Positions 49,864 through 59,758 of a DNA stretch of 64,000 nt are shown in pieces. This DNA is from an uncultured Chloroflexia bacterium (GTDB lineage: Bacteria > Chloroflexota > Dehalococcoidia > DSTF01 > JALHUB01), in NCBI GenBank assembly GCA_963842845.1, contig CAWJHZ010000007.1:139281-203280 (forward strand), given 5' to 3'. The notes beneath the pieces were generated by a model. That model had not been told where the DNA came from and made no database searches. It saw only the letters and a list, made by a program, of their open reading frames with translations. Positions within the stretch are counted from its first letter, which is position 1. Each line of letters opens with the position of its first letter. Position numbers and translations under genes: made by a program.

Positions 49864-51723
49864 ATGAGTATACCAATGATCGCGACCAAGCAACCCTTGA
49901 TCGAGCGCGTAGGCGCGCTGCCGAACAAGCCCGGCGTCTACATCTTCCGCAACGAAGAGGGACGCGTCATTTACGTCGGCAAGGCGGCGGCGCTACGGAA
50001 TCGCGTGCGCTCGTACTTCGGCTCGCCGCGGAGCATGGAGCCGAAGGTGCGGGCGCTGGCCTCGAGCATCGCCGATTTCGATTACATCGTCACGAACACG
50101 GCGCAGGAGGCGCTGCACCTGGAGGCGACGCTGGTCAAGCGGCATCAGCCCGTCTTCAACGTGCGCCTGAAGGACGACAAGCACTACCCGTACCTGAAGA
50201 TCGACGTGCAGAACAATTGGCCGCGCGTTGAGATTACGCGGCGGATCGAAAACGACGGCGGACGCTATTTCGGGCCGTACGCCAGCGCCAGCTCGGTGCG
50301 CCGGACGCTCGACGTAGTGAAGCGGCTCTTCCCCTGGCGGCCGTGCACCGAGGAGGTGACCGGCGACCGGCCCCGGCCCTGCCTGGACTTCTTCATCGGC
50401 CGCTGCATTGCGCCCTGCTCCGGCGCCTGCTCGGAGGGGGAGTACGACGAGGTGATCCGGCAGGTCATCCTCTTCCTCGAAGGGCGCACGGAGAACGTGC
50501 TACGGGCGCTGCGGGCGCAGATGGACGAGGCGTCGCGGAACATGCAGTACGAGCGCGCGGCGATCCTGCGGGACCAGATCCACGCTATCGAAAACGTTTC
50601 GGAGGCCCAGGTGACAGCGTATGCGCGGCCGACGGACGAAGACGTCTTCGGTCTGGCGCGGTCGGACGGCGAGGCGGTAGCGCAGGTGCTGTTCGTCCGC
50701 GGGACGAAGATGATCGGCGGCGATCACTTCCCGCTGGACGGCGCGAAGGGCGAGCCCGACGCGGAGGTGATGAACGGCTTCCTCAAGCAGTTCTACGAGT
50801 CGTCGACATACGTCCCGCGCACGGTCCTGCTGCCGCTGGAGATACCAGAGACGGCGGAGATCGAGGACTGGCTGTCGGAGCGACGCGGTGGTCGCGTGAA
50901 GCTGGTGACGCCGAGGCGCGGCAACAAGCGCCGTCTGATTGCGATGGCGACGGACAACGCCCGCGAGGCGCTCGATGTGGCGCGGTTGCTCTGGTTGACG
51001 GATACCGGCAAGACGCGGCAGGCGCTGGAGGAACTCCAGGAGGAGCTCAACCTGCCTGCCCTGCCGAATCGCATCGAGTGCTACGACATCTCCGATATCA
51101 TGGGCGCGCATCCGGTCGGCAGCATGGTCGTCTTCATCGGCGGGCGGCCGCGGCGCGCGGAGTACCGTCGCTTCCGGATCAAGAGCGTCGAAGGCGCGAA
51201 CGACGTGGCGATGATGGCGGAGGTGCTGCGGCGTCGCTTCAAGCGGGCGGCCCAGGCGGTAGAGGCGCAGGAGTCGGCGCAGGCGGAAGGCTGGGGCGCA
51301 CTGCCGGACCTGTTAATCGTCGACGGCGGCAAGCCACAGCTCAACGCTGCGCTCGACGTGCTGCGGGAGGCGGGCGCGCCGTTCATTCCGGCCGCCGGGC
51401 TGGCGAAACAACAGGAAGAGCTTTATGTGAAGGACGTTTCGGAGCCGATCGTGCTGTCGCGCACGTCGCAGGCGCTCTACCTGCTGCAACGCGTCCGCGA
51501 CGAGGCGCATCGGTTTGCGATCACGTACCATCGCAATGTGCGACAGAAGGCCGGGACGCGCTCGGTGCTCGACGCAATACCGGGCGTGGGACCGAAGCGC
51601 AAGCGGGCACTGCTGCGGAAGTTCGGCTCGGTGCGGGAGATACGAGAGGCAAGCGTCGACGAGATTGCGTCGACGGTTGGGTTCACGCGGTCGCTGGCAG
51701 AGCGGGTGAAGGAGTACCTCTAG
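49864..51723 (+). CDS. uvrC: Excinuclease ABC subunit C
   Basis: The N-terminus is a GIY-YIG domain (GVYIFRNEEGRVIYVGKA). A UvrBC-interaction region, an RNase-H-like endonuclease domain and a C-terminal HhH follow. Confidence 0.9.
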   Translation: MSIPMIATKQPLIERVGALPNKPGVYIFRNEEGRVIYVGKAAALRNRVRSYFGSPRSMEPKVRALASSIADFDYIVTNTAQEALHLEATLVKRHQPVFNVRLKDDKHYPYLKIDVQNNWPRVEITRRIENDGGRYFGPYASASSVRRTLDVVKRLFPWRPCTEEVTGDRPRPCLDFFIGRCIAPCSGACSEGEYDEVIRQVILFLEGRTENVLRALRAQMDEASRNMQYERAAILRDQIHAIENVSEAQVTAYARPTDEDVFGLARSDGEAVAQVLFVRGTKMIGGDHFPLDGAKGEPDAEVMNGFLKQFYESSTYVPRTVLLPLEIPETAEIEDWLSERRGGRVKLVTPRRGNKRRLIAMATDNAREALDVARLLWLTDTGKTRQALEELQEELNLPALPNRIECYDISDIMGAHPVGSMVVFIGGRPRRAEYRRFRIKSVEGANDVAMMAEVLRRRFKRAAQAVEAQESAQAEGWGALPDLLIVDGGKPQLNAALDVLREAGAPFIPAAGLAKQQEELYVKDVSEPIVLSRTSQALYLLQRVRDEAHRFAITYHRNVRQKAGTRSVLDAIPGVGPKRKRALLRKFGSVREIREASVDEIASTVGFTRSLAERVKEYL

Positions 51724-52024
51724 CACGGGGCTCTCAATTCCTCGCGACGATCCCGCCTCGGCGGACGAGGAGCATAGACAAGATCGCGCCATCGCACACC
51801 CCACTGCCGTTGCGAAGGCGACATGAAAAGTCGACGCAACATGAGGGTCGGCTGCTTGCAGAGCGGGCGTCGAGCACCGGCTCTCCTCGGGATTCAATGC
51901 CATCTGTATGTGTCCGGATATTGCTGAAGGTCTTGGGGTGGATAATACCACAACAATGTCCGCCTGTTGCGGTGGCGCACATTGATCGCGCGCCGAAGTC
52001 TCCAGAGGATCGGCGAAAAGGGGC

Positions 52025-52822
52025 CTAGGAGTTGATCGCTTCCTCCTCGTCATCCTCCTCGTCGTCGAGGTCCTCTTTGACCGCGAACGGCGTCACGTAC
52101 TCGCTTAGCGTCTTCGCGTTCTGGACGGCATAGGCGTTCGCATCGTTGTTGAAATACACAAACACCTGCCGGACGTCCTCGGGAAGATCGCGCAGGCGGC
52201 CCGCCCAAATCGCCAGATCGCCGTCCGGATAGGAGCCGCCGTAAACACTGTCGGCGCCGTGAAAGCGGAGATAGGCGAAGTCGGTGGTCGCTTCCAAAGG
52301 CGTCTCCCAGCCTGCCATATGGAAGGCGCAGAAGCCAGCGTTGTGCACTCGCAGCAGCGAGAAGACTTCGGCGTTGAACCAAGAGTCGTGGCGGAACTCG
52401 AAAACGTGGCGCATATCGGTCGGCAACAGCGAAAGGAACGCAGTGAGACGCTCAACGTTTTCCGTCTTGTAATGGAAGTTGGGCGGCAACTGGTAAAGCA
52501 CCGGACCCAGCGTGTGGCCGAGCAGTCGAGCGCGGGCGAGGAAGTTCTGCAGCGGCTCCTCGCAGTCCTTCAACCGCTTCACGTGAGTCATGTAGCGACT
52601 GGCCTTCACGGCGAACTGGAAGCCGCGTGGCGCCGACTTTCCCCACTTTCGCCAGGTGTCTTCTGAGGGCAGACGGTAGAAGCTGTTGTTCACCTCGACA
52701 GTGCAGAAGTGCTTGCTGTAGAACTCAAACCAGTAGCGCGCGGGCAAGTCCGGCGGGTAGAAAGAGCCGCGCCAGTGCTTGTATACCCAGCCGGAAGTCC
52801 CAATATCATAGTGTGAAGGCAT
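52025..52822 (-). CDS. DUF72 (YecE-like) family protein
   Basis: IGTSGWVYKHWRGSFYP is the hallmark DUF72 N-terminus. Confidence 0.8.
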   Translation of the reverse strand: MPSHYDIGTSGWVYKHWRGSFYPPDLPARYWFEFYSKHFCTVEVNNSFYRLPSEDTWRKWGKSAPRGFQFAVKASRYMTHVKRLKDCEEPLQNFLARARLLGHTLGPVLYQLPPNFHYKTENVERLTAFLSLLPTDMRHVFEFRHDSWFNAEVFSLLRVHNAGFCAFHMAGWETPLEATTDFAYLRFHGADSVYGGSYPDGDLAIWAGRLRDLPEDVRQVFVYFNNDANAYAVQNAKTLSEYVTPFAVKEDLDDEEDDEEEAINS

Positions 52823-52900
52823 CGTCGTCCACTCGCTCGAAGTATTTTCCCCACGGCGGCCGAAGGTCGCATTATATCATCGGTCGCGATTGGGGACCGC

Positions 52901-53614
52901 TTGAGCTTGTGCTATCGTAAGGGAAGAGTGGGAATAGAGTCGATGGAGTCTGAGATGGAGATCGATTTCGCCGGCGCTCGACTCGCGATGGTCGAGGGTA
53001 TGCGGTCGGAGGTCAGCGATGAACGCGTCTTACGGGCGATAGCCCGCGTCCCCCGCGAGGAGTTCGTTCCACCTGAATTTTGTCATCTAGCCTACGAAGA
53101 CCGTCCGATTCCTATCGGCCTCGGGCAGACGATATCGCAGCCGCTGATGGTAGCGACGATGACGGAGCTGCTTCATCTTAAGGGCAGCGAAAAAGTGCTG
53201 GAGGTCGGGACGGGCTCCGGCTACCAGGCGGCTATCCTCGCCGAGCTGGCGGCGCGGGTGGTGACCGTGGAGCGGCTGCCGGACCTGGCGGAGCTCGCCG
53301 CCGAGCGATTGCGCCGGCTCGGGTACACGAACGTCGTCGTGCACGTGGCGAGCGGAGCGCTGGGCTGGCCGGAGGAGGCGCCCTACCACGGCATCCTGGT
53401 AACTGCCGGGGCGCCGCGTATCCCGCGTCCGCTCGTCGAGCAGCTTGCAGTAGGCGGCCGGCTGGTCATCCCCGTCGGGCGGCGGCAAATCCAGCAGCTT
53501 CTGTCCGTGACGCGCGAGCCGGAGGCCGTCAGGGTGCGCCGCCACGGGCCATGTCGATTCGTGCCGCTCATCGGCGAGGAGGCCTGGCCGGAAGAGGAGT
53601 CGGCTTCGGGTTGA
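52901..53614 (+). CDS. pcm: Protein-L-isoaspartate O-methyltransferase
   Basis: ISQPLMVATM...VLEVGTGSGYQAA...GRLVIPVG are the PCMT motifs. Confidence 0.85.
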   Translation: MSLCYRKGRVGIESMESEMEIDFAGARLAMVEGMRSEVSDERVLRAIARVPREEFVPPEFCHLAYEDRPIPIGLGQTISQPLMVATMTELLHLKGSEKVLEVGTGSGYQAAILAELAARVVTVERLPDLAELAAERLRRLGYTNVVVHVASGALGWPEEAPYHGILVTAGAPRIPRPLVEQLAVGGRLVIPVGRRQIQQLLSVTREPEAVRVRRHGPCRFVPLIGEEAWPEEESASG

Positions 53615-53833
53615 GTCCGTCCCCCGCCTCTGCGGACTGGACTCGACATCGCTTATCCTCGCTTGTCGCCGCCTTCCTGAGCCCACGGTCACCCGCCGAG
53701 CCGCAACCGCGCCGTCGTCGCGAAAAATTACCATAATTTCCTCGCGCTCCATCATGGACAATGGTTAACGCTGTGGTAAAATGGGCTCGCTCTTCCCCAC
53801 CATTTCGAAGCAAGGTAAAGGCGAGGTGAGGTC

Positions 53834-54745
53834 ATGGACGACCAAGTTGGTCAGTTCCTTCACTATCTATCGGTCGAAAAGGGTTCCTCCGCCAACACAA
53901 TCGCCGCTTACAGCATCGATCTAACACAGTTTCACGGCTACCTCTCCGCCTCGCGCAACGGCAACGGCGATCCACTGTGGAGCGGCGTTAACCGCGCCGC
54001 CGTCGTCGAATACATATCCGACCTGAAGCGTCGCCAGTACGCCGAGGCTACAGTCGCCCGCAAGATCGCGGCGATAAAGGCCTTCTTCGCCTTCCTCCAC
54101 CAGGTAGAGGGCGTCGTCAAGCAGAACCCGACCGAGAACGTCGGCTTCCGCGTCCCCAAGTCGCTGCCAAAGCCCCTCTCGATCAAAGAGGTCGACGAGT
54201 TGCTCGAGCAGCCGGCCCGCTCCGCTACACCGGAGGCGAAGCGCGACAAGGCGATGCTCGAGCTCCTGTACGCGACTGGCATGCGCGTGACTGAACTCGT
54301 ATCGCTGGATATGAGCAGCGTTCACACGAACGCCGACGCGCCGCACGTTCGCTGCATGGGCAAAGGGTCGAAGGAGCGCACGATACCCATCCACAAGGAC
54401 GCGCTCGAGGCCATCGAGGAGTACCTGGGCGACTCGCGACCGCGGCTGGTACATGATGCGCATGAGCTGGCGCTCTTCGTTAACCGGCGCGGCGATCGCC
54501 TCACGCGGCAGGGGTTCTGGCTGATACTCAAGGGTTACGCGAAGAAGGCCGCGATCAACAAGTCGGTAACTCCTCACACCTTGCGCCACAGCTTCGCCAC
54601 CCATATGCTGAGGGGCGGCGCGCCTTTACGTAACGTCCAGGAGCTTCTGGGGCATGCAAACATGTCGACGACGCAGGTCTACACGAAGCTCACTGACGAC
54701 ATGGTGCGCCAGGTCTACGAGAAAGCACACCCTCGAGCGAAGTGA
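53834..54745 (+). CDS. xerD: Tyrosine recombinase XerC/XerD-type
   Basis: An N-terminal SAM-like core-binding domain with a C-terminal catalytic domain (HTLRHSFATHML...LLGHANMSTTQVYT, R-H-R-Y). Confidence 0.8.
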   Translation: MDDQVGQFLHYLSVEKGSSANTIAAYSIDLTQFHGYLSASRNGNGDPLWSGVNRAAVVEYISDLKRRQYAEATVARKIAAIKAFFAFLHQVEGVVKQNPTENVGFRVPKSLPKPLSIKEVDELLEQPARSATPEAKRDKAMLELLYATGMRVTELVSLDMSSVHTNADAPHVRCMGKGSKERTIPIHKDALEAIEEYLGDSRPRLVHDAHELALFVNRRGDRLTRQGFWLILKGYAKKAAINKSVTPHTLRHSFATHMLRGGAPLRNVQELLGHANMSTTQVYTKLTDDMVRQVYEKAHPRAK

Positions 54746-54785
54746 CAATACCGGCGGCAAGCCGGCTCTGAGCAGCCGCAACGTA

Positions 54786-56693
54786 ATGCGTTCGGCTGCT
54801 TTGCTTTTCCTCGGGCTGATCTTTGCCGTCGGCGCGGTCGCCTGCGGCAGCAGCGGAAACAGCGTTGCGACGCCCGTTCCGGCTACCGCCACGGCCGTCG
54901 CAACGCCGACGTCCGCGGTCGGGCCCACGCCCGAAACGGACACCCTGCCCTCCCGCGACATGCTCGACCTGGCGGTCCGGCTCAAGGGAGTGCAAACGCC
55001 GCCCGCCGATCCGGTCAACCCGCTGCCGCAGAGCCTGAGCGTCGGCGACAAACGCACCTTCAACCTTGTCTTGATGCCACAGCCGGGAGCCGCCGGCGAC
55101 CAGCCGCCGGTTGTGCAACTGGTCTCGGCCACGCTGCAACTGGTGACGCCGCACGCCTATTTCTACGTCCAAGACGGGCAGTCGGTCTCCTCCGATGACA
55201 TCAACACGGCCGGGGAGCGGTTTGAGAACGAAGTCTATCCTGTCGTGACGAGCACCTTCGGCAGCGAGCGCAGCCCGGGCATCGACAACGATACGCACAT
55301 CACCGTCTTCAACGGCCAGCTCGAAGGCGCGGCCGGCTACTTCTCGGACATAGATGAGTACCCGAAAGCGCTGGCCCCAATCAGCAACGAGCGGGAGATG
55401 CTTTACCTGGACCTGTCGCTGGGAATGGGCAGCGACGCCTACACCTCCGTAATCGCCCACGAGCTCCAGCATCTCATCCACTTCAACGGCAATCCGCGCG
55501 AGGATGTCTGGATCAACGAAGGCAATTCCGTGGTCTCGGGGGACCTCGCCGGGCAAAGCGACGACTTCCGCGGTCCGTTCCTCAAGCAGCCTGACACGCA
55601 GCTAACTGTCTGGAACCTTAACGGCGACAACTACGCCCACTATGGCGCCGCCGGCCTATTCTTCCGCTACCTGGCGCTGCGCAGCGGCGGCGCGAGCACG
55701 CTGCACGATATTGTCTTCGAGACGGCCAAAGGGATCAGCGGCATCGAGGACTTCCTGCAAAAGCACGACGAGCCAAGCTTCGACGACATCTTCGCCGACT
55801 GGACGGTGGCGAACTACACGGGCGGGCCGCAGGGCTACCTGGCGGCCGATCAGCGCGTTGCCACGACCACCACGCTCGACGGGCCGAAGAGCGCCGATAC
55901 GACGGTGCACCAGTTCGCGGCGAACTACGTCGAGGTCGATCTGCCGGGGCAGTCGGGGACGTTCACCTTCAACGGCGCGCAGACCGTGCCGCTGCTATCG
56001 GACCAGCCGCACAGCGGCACCGGCCAGTGGTGGTCCGGCCGCGGCGACGACATCGACACGACGCTGACGCGCGAGCTCGACCTGACGTCGGTGAACAAGG
56101 CAACGCTCAACTTCTGGACGTGGTTCGACATCGAGCACTGGTACGACTTCGGCTATGTCGAAGTGTCGACCGACGACGGCGCCACCTGGCAGGCGCTGAG
56201 CGGCAAACAAACGAGCAACGACGACCCGGTGAAGCAGGCGTACGGGCCGGCCTACAGCGGCGAGAGCGGCGGCGGCCAATCGCCGCAATGGGTCGCAGAG
56301 TCGATGGACCTCACGCCGTACGCCGGCAAGAAAGTGATGCTGCGGTTCGAGTACGTGACGGACGGCGGCGTGAGCGGAGAAGGCTGGGCCATCGACGACG
56401 TGAGCGTGCCGGAGATCGGCTTCTCGGACGACGCGGAGACGAACGGCGACTGGCAGGCGAACGGCTTCCAGCGCATCGACGCACCGATCGCGCAGCAGTT
56501 CGAAGTGCAGCTCCTCAACGTCACAGCGGGCTCGCCGGCGCAGAAGGTGCAACTGGACGCTTCGAACGACGCCACCATCCCGCTGGCCGGGTCCGCACAA
56601 GGACCGACGAAATACGTCATCATCATCGCGGCGGACAGCCAGGGCACGACCGAGGAGGCGCACTACTCCTACTCGCTGACCACCAGCCCCTAG
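54786..56693 (+). CDS. Secreted/lipoprotein zinc metalloprotease (HExxH)
   Basis: A signal peptide with a lipobox-like LFAVGAVACGSS, then AHELQHLIHFN (HExxH), then large beta-rich C-terminal domains. It may be M6/InhA-like, but the family assignment is uncertain. Confidence 0.6.
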   Translation: MRSAALLFLGLIFAVGAVACGSSGNSVATPVPATATAVATPTSAVGPTPETDTLPSRDMLDLAVRLKGVQTPPADPVNPLPQSLSVGDKRTFNLVLMPQPGAAGDQPPVVQLVSATLQLVTPHAYFYVQDGQSVSSDDINTAGERFENEVYPVVTSTFGSERSPGIDNDTHITVFNGQLEGAAGYFSDIDEYPKALAPISNEREMLYLDLSLGMGSDAYTSVIAHELQHLIHFNGNPREDVWINEGNSVVSGDLAGQSDDFRGPFLKQPDTQLTVWNLNGDNYAHYGAAGLFFRYLALRSGGASTLHDIVFETAKGISGIEDFLQKHDEPSFDDIFADWTVANYTGGPQGYLAADQRVATTTTLDGPKSADTTVHQFAANYVEVDLPGQSGTFTFNGAQTVPLLSDQPHSGTGQWWSGRGDDIDTTLTRELDLTSVNKATLNFWTWFDIEHWYDFGYVEVSTDDGATWQALSGKQTSNDDPVKQAYGPAYSGESGGGQSPQWVAESMDLTPYAGKKVMLRFEYVTDGGVSGEGWAIDDVSVPEIGFSDDAETNGDWQANGFQRIDAPIAQQFEVQLLNVTAGSPAQKVQLDASNDATIPLAGSAQGPTKYVIIIAADSQGTTEEAHYSYSLTTSP

Positions 56694-56730
56694 CGGCGCC
56701 GGCCTGACGTTCGACCACAGGAGACACGAC

Positions 56731-57297
56731 ATGAAGCGAGAAGAGGCCTGGGAGTTGCTCTGCGAGTACACGAAGAGCGATAGCCTGCGCAAGCACGGCC
56801 TCGCCGTTGAGGCGGCGATGCGCCACTACGCCCGCAAGTACGGCGATGACGAGGAGAAGTGGGCGGTCGTTGGCCTGCTGCACGACTTCGACTACGAGAT
56901 CCACCCGACGTTGGACCAGCATCCCCAGGACGGCGCGAAGATCCTGCGCGAGCGCGGCGTGCCGGAGGATATCATCCGGGCGGCGCTGAGCCACGCCGAG
57001 CACCTGCACCTGTCCCGCGATTCGATGATGGAGAAGACGCTCTACGCCGTCGACGAGCTTTCCGGCTTCATTATCGCGGTGGCGCTGGTGCGACCCAGCA
57101 AGAGCATCTTGGACGTGGAGCCCTCGTCGGTCCGCAAAAAGATGAAGGACAAGGCTTTTGCGCGGGCGGTCAACCGTGACGACATCGTCAACGGCGCGGA
57201 GGCGATGGGCGTCGACCTCAACGAGCACATCGCCGAGGTAACGGAAGCGCTGAAGGGGATAGCGGACGAGCTGGGGCTGCGCGGGACGCCCGTCTAG
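56731..57297 (+). CDS. HD-domain phosphohydrolase
   Basis: The H...HD...D pattern is present (LLHDFDYEIHPTLDQHPQDGAKIL). Confidence 0.7.
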   Translation: MKREEAWELLCEYTKSDSLRKHGLAVEAAMRHYARKYGDDEEKWAVVGLLHDFDYEIHPTLDQHPQDGAKILRERGVPEDIIRAALSHAEHLHLSRDSMMEKTLYAVDELSGFIIAVALVRPSKSILDVEPSSVRKKMKDKAFARAVNRDDIVNGAEAMGVDLNEHIAEVTEALKGIADELGLRGTPV

Positions 57298-57803
57298 TCT
57301 TCGACGAACTCGCTCTCGCGGCCCAGCAGCAGCAACGCGGCGCTAGAGACCAGGAACACGGCCGTCATGATGACGGCGGAACTCGCGCACCAGATGCACA
57401 CGGCGTCGATGACGAAGAGCTCCACGTAAGTGAGGTAAGCGGAGTAGGCGACGCCGGCGAGGCTCATCCCCCACACCAGGAGCAGCGGCCGGCCCTCAAA
57501 GCGATTGCCTGTGGCCAGCCAGAAGAGCGCGACCGCCAGTATCGCCAGGTAGCCAAGCAGCCCGAAAAAGGCGACCGGTATGCCGCCGATCCAAGCGTAG
57601 CTACTCTGGGCAACCGTCTCGCAGGTGTAGAAGCCGGCGCAGGCGATGGGCTTGTTGAACCAGTGGACGTAGGTCAGGTAGCCGGCGACACCAGTCCCAG
57701 CCACAGCCAGCAGCGCGATCAGGCCGGCGACCAGCTTCTCCCAGGGTCCGGCGGCGACCATGGCGCCGTCCTCATCCCCCACCACGTCGACCTCTCCCAT
57801 CAC
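57294..57803 (-). CDS. Vitamin K epoxide reductase (VKOR) family membrane protein
   Basis: A 4-5 TM protein with loop cysteines (CAGFYTC) and a CIWC active-site motif. It is co-transcribed with a DsbA-like gene. Confidence 0.7.
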   Translation of the reverse strand: MMGEVDVVGDEDGAMVAAGPWEKLVAGLIALLAVAGTGVAGYLTYVHWFNKPIACAGFYTCETVAQSSYAWIGGIPVAFFGLLGYLAILAVALFWLATGNRFEGRPLLLVWGMSLAGVAYSAYLTYVELFVIDAVCIWCASSAVIMTAVFLVSSAALLLLGRESEFVED

Positions 57804-58540
57804 GGACCCGCAAGCACCTTGTCGATGTCGGCCTTGAACACGCTATAGGCTTCGGCGCCGATGATCTGCGTTGCGCCGGGGAATGGGAGAGATTCGCTGT
57901 CGACGACGCTCGTCTGGCCCAGGTAGAAAGTGGGCGTGGAGTTGACGCCGGCCGAGAGGTCGCTGTTGGTCTCGTTGACGATCTGGTCCTTGTACTTATC
58001 GGAGTCGAGGCAGGAGTTGAAGGCGCTGGTGTCCAGGCCAAGGTCTTTGGCGTACTGCTTGAGATTGTCCTTGCTGTAAGGGTTGAGCGTCGAGAAATTG
58101 GCGAACAGAAGGTCATGATAGTCCCAGTAGTGGCTCTGTTCGCCGGCGCACAGCGCCGCCTCCGACGCCGTCAGCACATCACCGCTGAGCGCCAGCGGGT
58201 GAAAGACAATCCTCAGCTTGCCGGTATCGACGTAGTCTTTCTCGATGCTGGGGGCGGTGTTCTCCGTGTAGTCCGCGCAGTGCGAGCAGTCGAAGCGGAA
58301 GTACTCGATGAGCGTGGCCGGGGCGCTGTCCTGGCCGGCAGACGCGTCAGTTTGAGGCGCCGTGTGCGTTGGGCCGGGCGTGGCTCTTGTGGCGCTGACG
58401 CTACTGCCGCCGCCGCCGACAACGTTGCTCACAATCACGATCAAGACAACGACGAGGATGGCCCCCCCGCCAATAAGCGCTATGGGAACCCAGGCGCGCC
58501 CAGTCGATACTTGCTTCTTTTTTGCTCTTCGTGGTTGCAT
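57800..58540 (-). CDS. DsbA-family thiol:disulfide oxidoreductase, membrane-anchored
   Basis: An N-terminal TM helix and a thioredoxin fold with a CSHC active site (FDCSHCADY). Confidence 0.75.
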   Translation of the reverse strand: MQPRRAKKKQVSTGRAWVPIALIGGGAILVVVLIVIVSNVVGGGGSSVSATRATPGPTHTAPQTDASAGQDSAPATLIEYFRFDCSHCADYTENTAPSIEKDYVDTGKLRIVFHPLALSGDVLTASEAALCAGEQSHYWDYHDLLFANFSTLNPYSKDNLKQYAKDLGLDTSAFNSCLDSDKYKDQIVNETNSDLSAGVNSTPTFYLGQTSVVDSESLPFPGATQIIGAEAYSVFKADIDKVLAGP

Positions 58541-58585
58541 TCGTCTGCCTCAACTATCTAGTGTGCCGATTATACGGCCCAACGA

Positions 58586-59542
58586 TCAAGCTTGCACTTC
58601 GGCCGGCGGGCTCTCCGCGTTTTCGCCCTTCAGAAAACCGATTATAGTGCGCGAGCACGCTTGTGGCTGCTCCTCCAGGACCAGGTGGCCCGCTTTCTCT
58701 ATGAGCACGAAGCCGGCGCCGGGGATCAGGGCCCGCAGTTGTTCGCCGTGAACGAACGGCATCCAGCGATCGGCGGCCCCCCAGATGATGAGCGTCGGCT
58801 GGGTGATGGATGCGACGTCCAGGGGCGCGTCGAGGCGGCGGTCCACCATCAGCGAGCCGAGCGCGCGCAGGTGACCGCGGATGTGGGTCGGCGCCAGGTA
58901 GCCTTCCATCAGCTCCGGCGTGATGAACGCGGGGTCGTAGCAGGCGCTGCGAAGGGACACGCGGCGAAAGCGCTGGTTCTGCAGCGTGAAGGCGGCGACA
59001 ACCGGCAGCAGCGGCCGGATGAGGCGCGCGCTGCGGAGGCCGCGTCGCAGCTCGCTGTCGTCAGCGGCAGAGACGAGGATGAGCCGCTCGACCCGCTCCG
59101 GGTAGGCCAGGGCGAGTCGCATCGCCACGGCGCCGCCCAGCGAATGGCCGAGCACGAATGCTTTCTCTATTCCCAGGGCGTCCAGGAAGCCGGCGACAAG
59201 CCGCGCCTGCTCGCTGAGGGAATAGTCGCCGCCGGGGGGCCGGTCCGAGTAACCAAAGCCCTTGAGGTCGAGGGCGATGGTGCGGAAATGGGACGCCAGG
59301 TAGGGCATCAGCAGACGGAAGCTGAAGGTGGAACCGTTGAGCCCATGCAGCAGCAAGAGCGCCGGCCCTCCCCCCGCTTCGACGTGGTGGAGGCGGACGC
59401 CATCGACGTGGACCTCCCGGCCCGGCTTGCTGGCCGTCGCCAGGTCGGTGTCTTCCCAACGACGCATCCGCCGGCTGGAATAGCTCCAGGCGGTGCCGAG
59501 GGTTGCAGCGGCGAGCAGGAACAGACGCTTTCGTGACGTCAT
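58586..59542 (-). CDS. Alpha/beta-fold hydrolase
   Basis: HGLNGSTFSF and GHSLGG (nucleophile elbow) are present. Confidence 0.75.
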   Translation of the reverse strand: MTSRKRLFLLAAATLGTAWSYSSRRMRRWEDTDLATASKPGREVHVDGVRLHHVEAGGGPALLLLHGLNGSTFSFRLLMPYLASHFRTIALDLKGFGYSDRPPGGDYSLSEQARLVAGFLDALGIEKAFVLGHSLGGAVAMRLALAYPERVERLILVSAADDSELRRGLRSARLIRPLLPVVAAFTLQNQRFRRVSLRSACYDPAFITPELMEGYLAPTHIRGHLRALGSLMVDRRLDAPLDVASITQPTLIIWGAADRWMPFVHGEQLRALIPGAGFVLIEKAGHLVLEEQPQACSRTIIGFLKGENAESPPAEVQA

Positions 59543-59624
59543 TTCTTTACCTGAAGGCGCACCGTGGTTTCAAGATTCGGCGGCCTTCAGTATAACATCC
59601 TCGCGAAGAATTCCACGGATATGG

Positions 59625-59745
59625 CTTGACAAAGCCCGGAAGGCCGTTGTCGACGAGCCGTTCAGCGTCGCGGACGTGCAGCCACGTTTGCCGCGGCTCG
59701 GCCGGGCTACCGTCTTCGGCGATAAGCCACCGGTCGCAGCAAAGA
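59625..59745 (+). pseudogene. Truncated duplicate of the zur promoter and N-terminal coding fragment
   Basis: CTTGACAAAGCCCGGAAGGCCG is identical to 60837-60858. It is followed by a zur-like coding segment (VVDEPFSVADVQPRLPRLGRATVF, compare zur VVDE..DEPFSVADMQLRLPRLGRATVF). About 110 bp, including the -10, the operator and the start codon, are missing. Confidence 0.7.
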
Positions 59746-59758
59746 AGGCTCCGGCTGT

